The notes: generated by a model not told the origin, from the sequence alone. Positions 29,428 to 38,838 are shown, counted from the stretch's first letter. The stretch: DNA of 64,000 nt from a virus (IMGVR_UViG_3300021979_000001:162948-226947), one strand, 5' to 3'. Numbers and translations: made by a program.

Positions 29428-29593
29428 TTTCAAGCTGTTGGTCAATCTGTGTCACAATGCGAAAATACATTTTTTCAATTTCATACATATGTGCAAAAAA
29501 CTCGCCGACTGGTTTACTGGTCGGCAGTTTTGTTTCTGGATCAACGTCATCGCCGCTAAATGACTGGAAAAAATCAGTCTTATCAACAAACAT
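29414..29593 (-). CDS. 59-aa hypothetical protein missing from the ORF track (MFVDKTDFFQSF...LEITVL)
   Basis: Translated by hand; GGGGGTG RBS upstream; acidic, protein-like composition. Confidence 0.55.
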   Translation of the reverse strand: MFVDKTDFFQSFSGDDVDPETKLPTSKPVGEFFAHMYEIEKMYFRIVTQIDQQLEITVL

Positions 29594-29837
29594 GATAATA
29601 CACCCCCATATGATCCTATACGTATAGACAGTATGTATCGGTTAGTCAACTAAAATTTCGGGACCAGACCGTTATTTTCTAAATATTAGTGTATTGAAAT
29701 ATTGAAAAACAATAAAATAAGTCTATACCACATAAAATTCATCTTTTGGCCCATAATGAAAGATAACTATTAATGAATATTGCATATCATTTGTGTTTTC
29801 GATAATATTAAAATGTTTAATATTGGAGTTTCAAGAC

Positions 29838-30026
29838 ATGTCTAAACATTTTAATGATAACGGACGTAGTGGTATTTCGGTTTCTGTTCACAATGGTGAT
29901 CTTGAACAAGCAATTCAAGAATTGAACAAAAAATTAAAAAGTGACGGTATTATGAAACAATTGCGTGATCGCGAATATCATAAAACCAACGGACAAATGA
30001 AGCATGCCCGTAGAAAAAAGGAATAA
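29838..30026 (+). CDS. rpsU: 30S ribosomal protein S21 homologue
   Basis: VSVHNGDLEQAI..L.KKL..DGIMKQLRDREYH.T....K..RRK; GGAG RBS. Confidence 0.85.
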   Translation: MSKHFNDNGRSGISVSVHNGDLEQAIQELNKKLKSDGIMKQLRDREYHKTNGQMKHARRKKE

Positions 30027-30032
30027 TATGAG

Positions 30033-30374
30033 GTGCAAGAACCAGGATTTGTGTTGGATAGCGACATCGCCAGAAAAATCTGGCGGTCGCTTGTAATTTT
30101 CGAAGATGGCGAGCATTATTTGGTTGGCATCGATGGCGCTAAAGTTGAATTACCAAAATTTTCAACCAATCTGCCATCCGCGCAACGCATTATTTCATGG
30201 TTCCAGGCAAACGGGTTTGTCGTAAAAGCAACTCATGATCCGATTGCAAACGTATACCATGTGTGTTTTATTAAACCAACCAGCACAGATACCACAACCC
30301 AGTTTGCCACTGCACCAACGTTACCTCACGCAATTTGCATTGCGGCATTAACCGCATTAGATCGATATAAGTGA
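30033..30374 (+). CDS. phage ABA-sandwich (BC1872-like) protein
   Basis: LPKFST.L.SA..I..ATAPTLPHAIC.AAL. Confidence 0.7.
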   Translation: MQEPGFVLDSDIARKIWRSLVIFEDGEHYLVGIDGAKVELPKFSTNLPSAQRIISWFQANGFVVKATHDPIANVYHVCFIKPTSTDTTTQFATAPTLPHAICIAALTALDRYK

Positions 30375-30461
30375 AAAATTATCGTTGACAATTATGCGAA
30401 ACATAATTATGTTCGCTCATAGAAAGAACGATGAACTTATTTTACATAAGGGGAAATATTC

Positions 30462-30650
30462 ATGACCACACATCGTTTTATTCAGATGCACAATCTTTTG
30501 GATACCCTTACATCCAAAGTTCGTCAGTGCCGTAACGCGGCAGAAAACCTGGCCCGAATTGGCAATAAAATCGGATCAGACCACTACACTCACCGTGCAG
30601 ATCGCTATGCGCGTGTTGCCGGTCTTTGCGAAAAACGACTTGAAATGTAA
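30462..30650 (+). CDS. small hypothetical early protein
   Basis: TTGACA-type promoter near 30385, AAGGGGA RBS. Confidence 0.65.
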   Translation: MTTHRFIQMHNLLDTLTSKVRQCRNAAENLARIGNKIGSDHYTHRADRYARVAGLCEKRLEM

Positions 30651-30682
30651 TCCTGTTGTTTTTCGAAGATAAATAAAAATAT

Positions 30683-30756
30683 GCGGGTATAGCTCAATGG
30701 TAGAGCAGAAGCCTTCCAAGTTTAAGACGAGGGTTCGATTCCCTCTACCCGCTCCA
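30683..30756 (+). tRNA. tRNA-Gly (anticodon TCC), CCA encoded
   Basis: GCGGGTA..AGCTCAATGGTAGAGC..CT-TCC-AA..GGTTCGATTCC..TACCCGC-TCCA; ATAAATA at 30669-30675. Confidence 0.96.
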
Positions 30757-30826
30757 TCATCATATTTCATTAGGCATTACCATTAATACGCGGCGTATCA
30801 TTTTTTGTTGTGATACGCTATTTTTG

Positions 30827-30952
30827 TATGCACTATTTTAATGTCCTGTGGACCGCATTAACTATTGTGGCACCCAGACTATCGAGTAGTCATCATATGC
30901 GCTGTATGAGCAGAAAATATGCCCTGGCGGCGATGTTTTTAATAGTCATACC
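30827..30952. repeat. degenerate ~125-bp direct repeat, copy 1
   Basis: tgcactatt..cccagacta..gctgtatg.gca.aaa.atgcc..cgatgttt..catacc, shared with 32007-32125. Confidence 0.7.
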
Positions 30953-30977
30953 AAACGCCACCCAATTAAACAGAATA

Positions 30978-31988
30978 CTACGAACACAGCAAATGTATTA
31001 ACGTGGCGATTTCATTCGTTCGACACAAATATATGTGTCCAGAATTTTCAATAGGAACAATCACAACATCCGTATTATTCTGGTTATAACCATAACACAT
31101 TAACGGGCTTAGTTTGTTCGGTAATGACCCATCAATAATATATGGTATTGCAGGACCAGTTTCATGATAATAACTGCTAATCAGCATGCAATTTAAATAT
31201 TGTTGAATACGGGTTTCTTCATTATCAGTCAAATAAAATACATTATTAACATTGTCAAAAACACGCAATATACTATGTTCGTCGTAGTCATAACACGTGA
31301 TTGTATATGGAAAATCTTTAAATGTCACCATATCAGAATATTTGGTTTGTTCATCAATAGTGTTCATATTCTGATCATCATTGTGAAATACTAATGTTTC
31401 TAATTTGTTACGGGAATTCATATTTTTACAATATAATATATTATACATAAATTTATTAATTTGATTTGTTTGAAACCATCTATAAAACCCAATGTCAGAT
31501 GATTTGTATACTTTAATATCTTTTCCAACCAATATTGTATTTTTATGGTCGTTCTTAATTATTCCAAAATAATATTCATCCATAACATTAAGCGAACTAG
31601 CATAAAACATACTATTTGATAATTGGTTTTCCATAACGTAAATAAAATGTTCTTTTGACGAATAAGTGGTGATTTTATTACTACAAAATGGTTCAAGACC
31701 AGACAATGTTGCTTGAAGTTTTTTTATAATTTTCACTATTTTATTGGGAATTGCACCGAGGTCATTAGTTTCAATACATTTTTCGGTAACATTTTTTATA
31801 TCTAAAACAATATTACTTTTGTTAATAACTTGAGCAGAAGATATATTGATATAAAATTCATTGGTGATGCAAAAATACCCATTTTTGCTGTTTTTATCCC
31901 GCAACGCAATATTGATATAAATCATGAGTTGATCCTTAGAACAAGATAACCATTCATTCCTATACCGATTATCATCAAATTTCAACAA
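30978..31988 (-). CDS. very AT-rich hypothetical protein, C-terminal-motif family
   Basis: 336-aa ORF ending LCRTNEIATLIHLL. Confidence 0.7.
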   Translation of the reverse strand: MLKFDDNRYRNEWLSCSKDQLMIYINIALRDKNSKNGYFCITNEFYINISSAQVINKSNIVLDIKNVTEKCIETNDLGAIPNKIVKIIKKLQATLSGLEPFCSNKITTYSSKEHFIYVMENQLSNSMFYASSLNVMDEYYFGIIKNDHKNTILVGKDIKVYKSSDIGFYRWFQTNQINKFMYNILYCKNMNSRNKLETLVFHNDDQNMNTIDEQTKYSDMVTFKDFPYTITCYDYDEHSILRVFDNVNNVFYLTDNEETRIQQYLNCMLISSYYHETGPAIPYIIDGSLPNKLSPLMCYGYNQNNTDVVIVPIENSGHIYLCRTNEIATLIHLLCS

Positions 31989-32006
31989 AACGCGACTACC
32001 TGTTAC

Positions 32007-32125
32007 TGTGCATTATTCGCCCATACAGGAGCCGTTTCACGATCTTTACTTCCCAGACTACCTAAACATCATTACATGTGCTGTATGCGCAAAAAATGCC
32101 GCGTAACGTCGATGTTTATCATACC
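32007..32125. repeat. degenerate ~125-bp direct repeat, copy 2
   Basis: Collinear blocks match 30827-30952. Confidence 0.7.
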
Positions 32126-32404
32126 TATATTATATCCATTAATTTAAGCATGGGGATTATGATTTCATGATTATGTCGAATGACCATATAATTGTTTATA
32201 TGGCTTGGCGACATAACATGTCCTATCGTTTCGTAATAAAACAAAACATCGATGTTATCATACTTTTAATATATGTCAGATGGTATGTATCGGGTTATAT
32301 GTGCGAAAGTGAGTCTCACATTGTTCATGATTTGATGAAATTATTGTGACACACCTTCTGTTTATGTGATGGAATATTGGGGTTAACATGTAAATTTATT
32401 TTTC

Positions 32405-33187
32405 CTAGTTAGCATTCACCAGATATAGCACATAATCACTTTCATTCTTAAAATATATTCTTTCATCGGTTACACTTACAATCGCGGCAACATCATAAAA
32501 GCAATATGAATTATAAGTGACAGTATCATAATATGCCTTCTCTATGGTCAATACCTGGTGTGAGCCATATGATAACTTATCAAACAACATAATATGAACA
32601 GCATGTTCGCTAATAGTATCACGAAAGCTGGTAGTATAACAGAAATCGTCAAGGCACAACGTTTGTTTAACCCGTGCATGATGCTGTATATTCATGATTT
32701 GAGCATTGTTTATAAGATAACAATAATCACCAATTACATATCCATCGGTTGTTTCAAACGGGAAGCTGTAATTAGTTTGGTGAAGACACTCGTTAATAAT
32801 CATAGATTTATTTACGGCGATACCGTCATGCATCACTATTGTGGAATCAAACGTAAGATCACAGGCAGGACTAATTATTTTAAAGCGTTCATGCTGCCAA
32901 TTATCAAACGATTTGGAAATAGTTTTGTCATTATTTAAAAATACCACATAACATATTGTGTAGTTTTCAAACTGTGTAAAATTAGTAGTTTGATCACAAT
33001 AATGAATGCCATACTTATACTCATTAGGCAGAATTATATTTTGAACAAAGTCGAATACATTATGATACTTTCTATTCTCGTTAAACAGAATTGTCATATC
33101 TTTACATGATGCAATAATAATGCTATCATCTTCACCGTCATCATTATATGATTCAACATAATAAACGAAATGTTTCTTTACTGTCAT
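32405..33187 (-). CDS. AT-rich hypothetical protein, C-terminal-motif family
   Basis: Ends IYFKNESDYVLYLV. Confidence 0.7.
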   Translation of the reverse strand: MTVKKHFVYYVESYNDDGEDDSIIIASCKDMTILFNENRKYHNVFDFVQNIILPNEYKYGIHYCDQTTNFTQFENYTICYVVFLNNDKTISKSFDNWQHERFKIISPACDLTFDSTIVMHDGIAVNKSMIINECLHQTNYSFPFETTDGYVIGDYCYLINNAQIMNIQHHARVKQTLCLDDFCYTTSFRDTISEHAVHIMLFDKLSYGSHQVLTIEKAYYDTVTYNSYCFYDVAAIVSVTDERIYFKNESDYVLYLVNAN

Positions 33188-33253
33188 CGCAAGTTTCCGC
33201 AGTTAAATTAAACCGAGTTATCAGTCATCTGGTCTTAACATTAATAATTACCA

Positions 33254-34114
33254 TTATCCATGTAGCATTTTAAACATCGTCGCGTCCTCTAATGTTTTAC
33301 ACAACACCAAATATTTGTTTCTGTTACCAATGGCGGGTTCCATAATAATGATATTATATTTTTTGACATTGAACCCAGGAAAAAAGATCGGGACATGATT
33401 TCGCATGAAATATTTTCCTATTTGACTCACCCCGTCCCGCTGATATGGATATGGCTCCACCAATGGCACATTCATCCTTTGTTTCAACAAATACTCGTCT
33501 AACGGCACATAATAATAATCGTTATGTTCTAACAACACCGCACGAATATTCGGAATCTCAATAGATTCAATCATATGAGGAAAATGGTTCATTGATATTG
33601 GTTCTGGTTCAGAAAATGATTGATCATATATAACGGAATATTCCGACTCATTCACATAATATATAAATTCATTTGTGACCAACATATCGATGTTATTCTT
33701 AATGAATGGATGACGCAACATTACTTTATTATTGTTGATTTTCCCAACTTTAACACCCGGACCATATCCTATTATATTTTTATTGGTTGCAGATACAGGT
33801 GTGTCCCTGATCATATATATATGTTTTAATGCAGACAGTTTATAAAATGCAGACTGTTTATGATAATAACCATCAGTATAACTGGCAATTTCAAAATCAG
33901 AATGTGTTATCAGCATTTTGTTTTTGATTGCATGACATGCCGCCTTCATAATGTCATAACCACCGTTATCAATCACCGTTACCGTGTCAACTACTGATTT
34001 AATAAACGAAATATCAGATAAAAGGTGACTGATACTATGAGACATATGATAATAATCAGTAGGAAAGTCCCAACTTTTACTTATATCATATGCCTCGATA
34101 CGAAATGCTTTCAT
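33254..34114 (-). CDS. AT-rich hypothetical protein, C-terminal-motif family
   Basis: Ends LCKTLEDATMFKMLHG. Confidence 0.7.
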   Translation of the reverse strand: MKAFRIEAYDISKSWDFPTDYYHMSHSISHLLSDISFIKSVVDTVTVIDNGGYDIMKAACHAIKNKMLITHSDFEIASYTDGYYHKQSAFYKLSALKHIYMIRDTPVSATNKNIIGYGPGVKVGKINNNKVMLRHPFIKNNIDMLVTNEFIYYVNESEYSVIYDQSFSEPEPISMNHFPHMIESIEIPNIRAVLLEHNDYYYVPLDEYLLKQRMNVPLVEPYPYQRDGVSQIGKYFMRNHVPIFFPGFNVKKYNIIIMEPAIGNRNKYLVLCKTLEDATMFKMLHG

Positions 34115-34307
34115 TTTTAAATCATCCGATATTCTTAATTAATCAGTAAGTTTAATAACGTTAATTGTATATACATAAACCCCACTGAACCAAACAAACG
34201 ATACCAACTACCCCTTTACAATGGTTCCTGATATTTTACAACAAAAAAAGCGGGTGCCCATAATTGGGGGACACCCGCTGTCATCATCACCGTGTTATAT
34301 CGTCAGA

Positions 34308-34640
34308 TTATGACGGAACCCCGGCCCAATACACACCGGTATTACGATCCACCGACCCTCGGATATTTGTGTCGCCTCGGCACATTTCGCGGGCGATATT
34401 GGTCATCAATAGTAACAAATCGGAACTAACTTCATTGTCCAGAATAACCGGCCCATCTTTTGGCATACCGAAATCAACAACCACAATTGCAGTAGGGTGT
34501 TGATGTCCATTAACATGGACTGATGGCTTTACCGGCAGTTCCAGGCCATCAACGAACGTTTTCAATTCAGACACACCGTTGCGGCGCTTGGTGCGTTTCG
34601 TTGCATTGGTGGTTCTGGTCTTTTTTGCTTCTACAGTCAT
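34308..34640 (-). CDS. hypothetical protein with basic N-terminus
   Basis: 110-aa ORF followed by a terminator-like hairpin. Confidence 0.7.
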   Translation of the reverse strand: MTVEAKKTRTTNATKRTKRRNGVSELKTFVDGLELPVKPSVHVNGHQHPTAIVVVDFGMPKDGPVILDNEVSSDLLLLMTNIAREMCRGDTNIRGSVDRNTGVYWAGVPS

Positions 34641-34790
34641 ATTCTTAACCTATAAACTAAATTAAACTATACGTTCTTTGTTATATGGCGTAGAACGTTT
34701 AACACCATGATTTTGTTTTACCAAAACCGGCCTATCAAATGCAATATATTTTTGTTAACCAAACATTAAAACAATGGGATAAATAATTTT

Positions 34791-35120
34791 ATGTGTAAAG
34801 ATATTGACATTTGGTTGGAATATACAAAAGAAATAACCCCGATTGCAGATTGTGATCGGTTACATTTGTTGTGCCCGGAACCCAGTCTGACACTATCCCA
34901 TATTGGACATCATTCATATCTTGACTTGCATGGACTTAGTGTGCAGGCCGCATATAAGAAAACCCTGGAATTTATTGATCGTGCCAACCAAAATGGTTTG
35001 AAAAAAGTGACGATCATAACAGGAAAAAGCGGGGCCATTCGAAAAGAGTTTCCCGAATGGTTATCCCGCTATCATGTCACCGATATAAATGGTGGTTCGT
35101 TTTCAGTTAAGATCAGGTAA
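34791..35120 (+). CDS. Smr/MutS2 C-terminal domain protein
   Basis: LDLHGLSVQAAY..FI..A...V.IITGKSG..R..F.EWL..GGSF.V. Confidence 0.9.
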   Translation: MCKDIDIWLEYTKEITPIADCDRLHLLCPEPSLTLSHIGHHSYLDLHGLSVQAAYKKTLEFIDRANQNGLKKVTIITGKSGAIRKEFPEWLSRYHVTDINGGSFSVKIR

Positions 35121-35631
35121 GTTCGAGATTGATGGCATTCAACAGTTTAATGCCTTGCTGTTTGCATCCATCCGCCACCATCTCAACCAAATCATCAACC
35201 AGGATGGTGCAACCCATCTTTTTTGCAACCTTTGCTTTCCAACCCATCAAATCAGCAGCTTGTTGCCACAAATCATCATTGGTTACTTTAGCCAATTCGG
35301 TTGCATAGGTCAGTCGTGTTTCGCCGGGTTCGAGAACAGTCACATCCAGTTCAAACTCAACATTGATATATGCCATATACCAATTGGAGTTTTCCAAATT
35401 GGTTGTTGTTTTGAACACCCCATCAGCATATCCATATTGTGACAGGTAATACGGAATGTCGGCAACCGTATGATTATCCCGAAATGTGATGATGTGATGT
35501 TCCTTTTCTGGATTATCAATGATGTATTGCCGAAATAAAGTTGAATGTGGCCCTTGATGCAAGGTCAAATCAAAGTCCCAGCCGATTACGGCGTGGTTGT
35601 CAAGATGCTGTTTGACCTTTAAAAATGACAT
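35113..35631 (-). CDS. HAD-superfamily hydrolase
   Basis: Motif I DFDLT, K, motif IV VDD. Confidence 0.75.
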   Translation of the reverse strand: MSFLKVKQHLDNHAVIGWDFDLTLHQGPHSTLFRQYIIDNPEKEHHIITFRDNHTVADIPYYLSQYGYADGVFKTTTNLENSNWYMAYINVEFELDVTVLEPGETRLTYATELAKVTNDDLWQQAADLMGWKAKVAKKMGCTILVDDLVEMVADGCKQQGIKLLNAINLELT

Positions 35632-35723
35632 TTTTGATTAACTCCATAAAAACAATTATTGACTTTTACCGAGAAATTGTGAAATTGTCAAATCTTAATT
35701 TAAAATTATGGTATTTACATAAT

Positions 35724-35900
35724 ATGTTCATATGTAACTGTAATGGCATCAACGAACGTAAAATTTCTGAAATGGTATCAAACGGTGCTAAAAAATATTC
35801 AGATGTATTCGCGATGACTGATACCAAACCATGTTGTGGTAAATGTAAACACGACATTAATGCGTGTATAAATAACACGGTTAATGACCACAAAAAATAA
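35724..35900 (+). CDS. bfd: bacterioferritin-associated ferredoxin-like [2Fe-2S] protein
   Basis: MFICNCNGI.E..I.....CCGKC. Confidence 0.85.
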   Translation: MFICNCNGINERKISEMVSNGAKKYSDVFAMTDTKPCCGKCKHDINACINNTVNDHKK

Positions 35901-35902
35901 TA

Positions 35903-35932
35903 TTGACTGATGATACGATCATCACCTATATT
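35903..35932 (+). promoter_or_regulatory. sigma70-like promoter with a palindromic spacer, upstream of the large ncRNA candidate
   Basis: TTGACT-18bp-TATATT; overlapping dyad tgatgat-acg-atcatca. Confidence 0.55.
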
Positions 35933-35940
35933 AGTTTTTT

Positions 35941-36570
35941 ACATATTGTCCAGGAAGTAATAGGGGCCACTTCCGCCCCAAAGCAAGTCCATCCGGGAGA
36001 TAACAGAGACCGGGGTTTGCATGGCAGGACAGCCCACAAGCCGGATGCATGATCCACATGGTTAAGCCGACCATGGCGAGGTTATGTAAACAGCCGCTTG
36101 CCACACAAAGGATGTGGACGAAGGCACCTTAAAAGAGGATAGTTATGTCTTGAGCATATTTGACATCTATCCACATATGCAACAGTCCACCAATCGCTTT
36201 GCATATGGGCTTGTGAAAACTAAATTTACCATTTTTACATAACCGTTGGACCTACGATACATTTGCCTGTGCAGCAAGGTTGTTTAACCCCGATGCACCG
36301 TTTGATTAGGATGAAATGTGAGGTCGAGATAGGGCTATACTTGTTGGTTACCGGGCAACCGCCAACTATCATCGTAAAGGTGATTAGTAGCTTATTGGTA
36401 GCGGGCTAAATGACTCAGGAAGTTATTTTTAATTCGCTTAATGTCTCTCCCTTGGACTAATTCACCACTATTGCATTCAATTGCTATTAGTGTTTGCGCA
36501 ACAACGATGTTGTGTCTATAATTTGAATTAGTCCAGGGGGGAGAAAGAGCATAACATCTGATCTAGGATG
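35941..36570 (+). ncRNA. large structured non-coding RNA candidate (~620 nt)
   Basis: ORF-free and GC-enriched, with more than 12 helices, G-U pairs on the + strand, a GNRA loop and crossing helices. Confidence 0.7.
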
Positions 36571-36798
36571 CATGTTCTATTTTTTAATAATCACTGTGTT
36601 CATTACGTATTTTTCTTATTGTCTTTTTATTCCTTAAAAATCAACAAGAATGAAATTTACAAGCATATGTGAACGTTAGTGAACAGATGCGCTGTATAAT
36701 TTCTTCTTGTTGCGATAGGGTCTTAATGATTTTTTTCCGCAAGGAAAACAAATCAGAGAGACCCTTCCAGTTAATGTCACTCACGGATAATTACCATA

Positions 36799-37125
36799 AT
36801 GACCAAATACACTTCATTACACGGGAATATGACGATACTTATCGACGAACAAATAATTACAGATGGAATCAATATATTAAATATGATCAATAATATTTCT
36901 GTGTTGTCTTCCTTGAAAGGAATACATGGCCCACATATGATCTATGAAAAAATCATCATTGATGAATTACATGTCGATATAGATGCCACAATGTATTGGC
37001 TAAAGAATTTTGGACTAATCACGCCAGTAATGCAGAAATCAGTTGCGATTACACCAAAAGGAATTAAATCACTTGACTTATCATCATTTCTATCTACAAA
37101 TCATTTAATTCCAGTTAGATCATAG
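36799..37125 (+). CDS. hypothetical protein (possible winged helix)
   Basis: L..FGLI...ITPKG pattern. Confidence 0.6.
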   Translation: MTKYTSLHGNMTILIDEQIITDGINILNMINNISVLSSLKGIHGPHMIYEKIIIDELHVDIDATMYWLKNFGLITPVMQKSVAITPKGIKSLDLSSFLSTNHLIPVRS

Positions 37126-37134
37126 GGACATGTC

Positions 37135-37563
37135 ATGAAAAAATACGAATTACTTAACAAAAAAGCACGGTTTGATTATTATCTTCACGATACCTTCGAA
37201 GCAGGGATTATGTTAACCGGGTTTGAAGTAAAAAATATTCGAACCCATAATGTTAGCATTACTGAAAGTCATATCCGTGTGGAAAACGGAGAAGCATGGT
37301 GGGTTAATTCCACTATTGGTCATTCAGTCGTTAATATGTTTGATAAACACGAACCAACTCGTGTTCGAAAATTATTATTGCATAAAAATGAAATTGCAAA
37401 ACTGTATGACGCCGTGAATAAAAAGGGAAATACCATTGTTCCCACCAAACTATATGAAAACAATGGCGTTTTTAAACTGGAAATTGCCATTGCCACTGGT
37501 AAGAAAACCGTGGACAAACGACAAACCATTAAAGAACGTGAATGGAAACGTTCGGGGCATTGA
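37135..37563 (+). CDS. smpB: SsrA-binding protein SmpB with shortened C-terminal tail
   Basis: NKKARFDY..FEAGI.L.G.EVK..HEP.R.RKLLLHK.EI..GKK..DKR.TIKERE. Confidence 0.96.
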   Translation: MKKYELLNKKARFDYYLHDTFEAGIMLTGFEVKNIRTHNVSITESHIRVENGEAWWVNSTIGHSVVNMFDKHEPTRVRKLLLHKNEIAKLYDAVNKKGNTIVPTKLYENNGVFKLEIAIATGKKTVDKRQTIKEREWKRSGH

Positions 37564-37650
37564 TAAAAATACCGATGATTTTTAGTCATCGGTATTTTTA
37601 ATTGGTAATATTAATTTAAATTATGATATATTTTATTTTCCCGTTAAAAT

Positions 37651-38130
37651 ATGGTTGTTTATATAATGAATGAAATACTTATTGCTGATTTAGAAACCAA
37701 TGGCATATCACCAAGTGAAATCTATATTGTTGGTGTTCTGAATTATACGACTGATGAATATACACAATATTATCAGTCACTTGATGAAATATCAGTAGGA
37801 TTAATGCGATTAAATGATGCCAGATTAATTATTGGTCATAATTTCATCAAATATGATTCGACTACAATACGTAAGTTAACCGAAGGGGTAATTGATATTC
37901 CTGAAACCAAGATAATCGACACTCTTACCATGTCGAGAAAATTATTCCCGGACATGAAGAAACATTCCCTTGGTGAATGGGGTGATATTTTTGATTATCC
38001 CAAGATCGATTATAAACTTGGTTTTGATCGGTTCCATCCTGAAATGTTACCATACTGTGAGCGGGATTGTCGTTTGAATAAAAGACTATATGATTTCCTA
38101 ATCAGCCAGGAAACCAATAAATTATCGTAA
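37651..38130 (+). CDS. stand-alone DEDDy 3'-5' exonuclease (Pol A/T7-like proofreading domain)
   Basis: DLETNG, GHN.IKYD, DTL, HSL..W, YCERD. Confidence 0.85.
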   Translation: MVVYIMNEILIADLETNGISPSEIYIVGVLNYTTDEYTQYYQSLDEISVGLMRLNDARLIIGHNFIKYDSTTIRKLTEGVIDIPETKIIDTLTMSRKLFPDMKKHSLGEWGDIFDYPKIDYKLGFDRFHPEMLPYCERDCRLNKRLYDFLISQETNKLS

Positions 38131-38838
38131 TTGGTCAATCGCTTGCATTACCATCGCTACGCCCCTATTTGGTTTTAGTTTATATAAATCCATTGTTAAG
38201 TTTCGCAAAATTTCATCTCGATACATAATCGATGATGTCAATGTAGTGACATCTGACGCATTTATATATTGATTAAGTAATAGCATGAGCATCATTCGAT
38301 CTGATTGAGTGGCATATGGTCTAAAACGATATAACGTTAACATATTTCCTTCGCTTATTAGTTGTTTCATTTTACTGTATTTGTATATGTCATTTTTGAA
38401 TACGAAATGATATATGCTGTCCCAGTTCAGTTGAACATCATACAAAAATTCTCCGTATTTAGGTATCTCTGTTAAATCAATTGTTTTTAAAAATGAATGG
38501 ACTACTGCGATATAGTAATCGATGTTCCCTGGACAACCATGTGCATCGTTAACAATCGATAATGGATACTGATCTACGAAAGTTCGCAAATCATTAAATG
38601 ATGCAAATTTGATTTTTAGTGTTGGTTTATATTTTTGAATACCATAAACAACATTATATGTATTATTTAATGTGTTTGCAAATGGGGAACGTGATGCGGA
38701 ATAATCAACCGCATAATCAGGAACAAGGTTAATCACATCGACGTGGGATTGGTGTAGATCGCTATACTCTTGTTTTGACAGAGCAAACTGCAATTTGATG
38801 CGATTTTGTGATAGAATCGTTATTTTTTTAATGTTCAT
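38122..38838 (-). CDS. hypothetical protein
   Basis: 238-aa ORF, ATGA overlap with the upstream gene. Confidence 0.7.
   Translation of the reverse strand: MNIKKITILSQNRIKLQFALSKQEYSDLHQSHVDVINLVPDYAVDYSASRSPFANTLNNTYNVVYGIQKYKPTLKIKFASFNDLRTFVDQYPLSIVNDAHGCPGNIDYYIAVVHSFLKTIDLTEIPKYGEFLYDVQLNWDSIYHFVFKNDIYKYSKMKQLISEGNMLTLYRFRPYATQSDRMMLMLLLNQYINASDVTTLTSSIMYRDEILRNLTMDLYKLKPNRGVAMVMQAIDQLR

Noticed and set aside
34755-34769. CtrA-like box TTAA-N7-TTAA, with near matches at about 18293 and 45104
   Set aside because: Several such matches are expected by chance in 64 kb of AT-rich DNA; an enrichment test would be needed.
35941-36570. tmRNA or RNase P RNA call, prompted by the nearby smpB
   Set aside because: No GGTTCGA T-arm, no acceptor stem with CCA, no tag frame ending in AA-stop and no RNase P P4 consensus were found. 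Kept as an unclassified ncRNA candidate.
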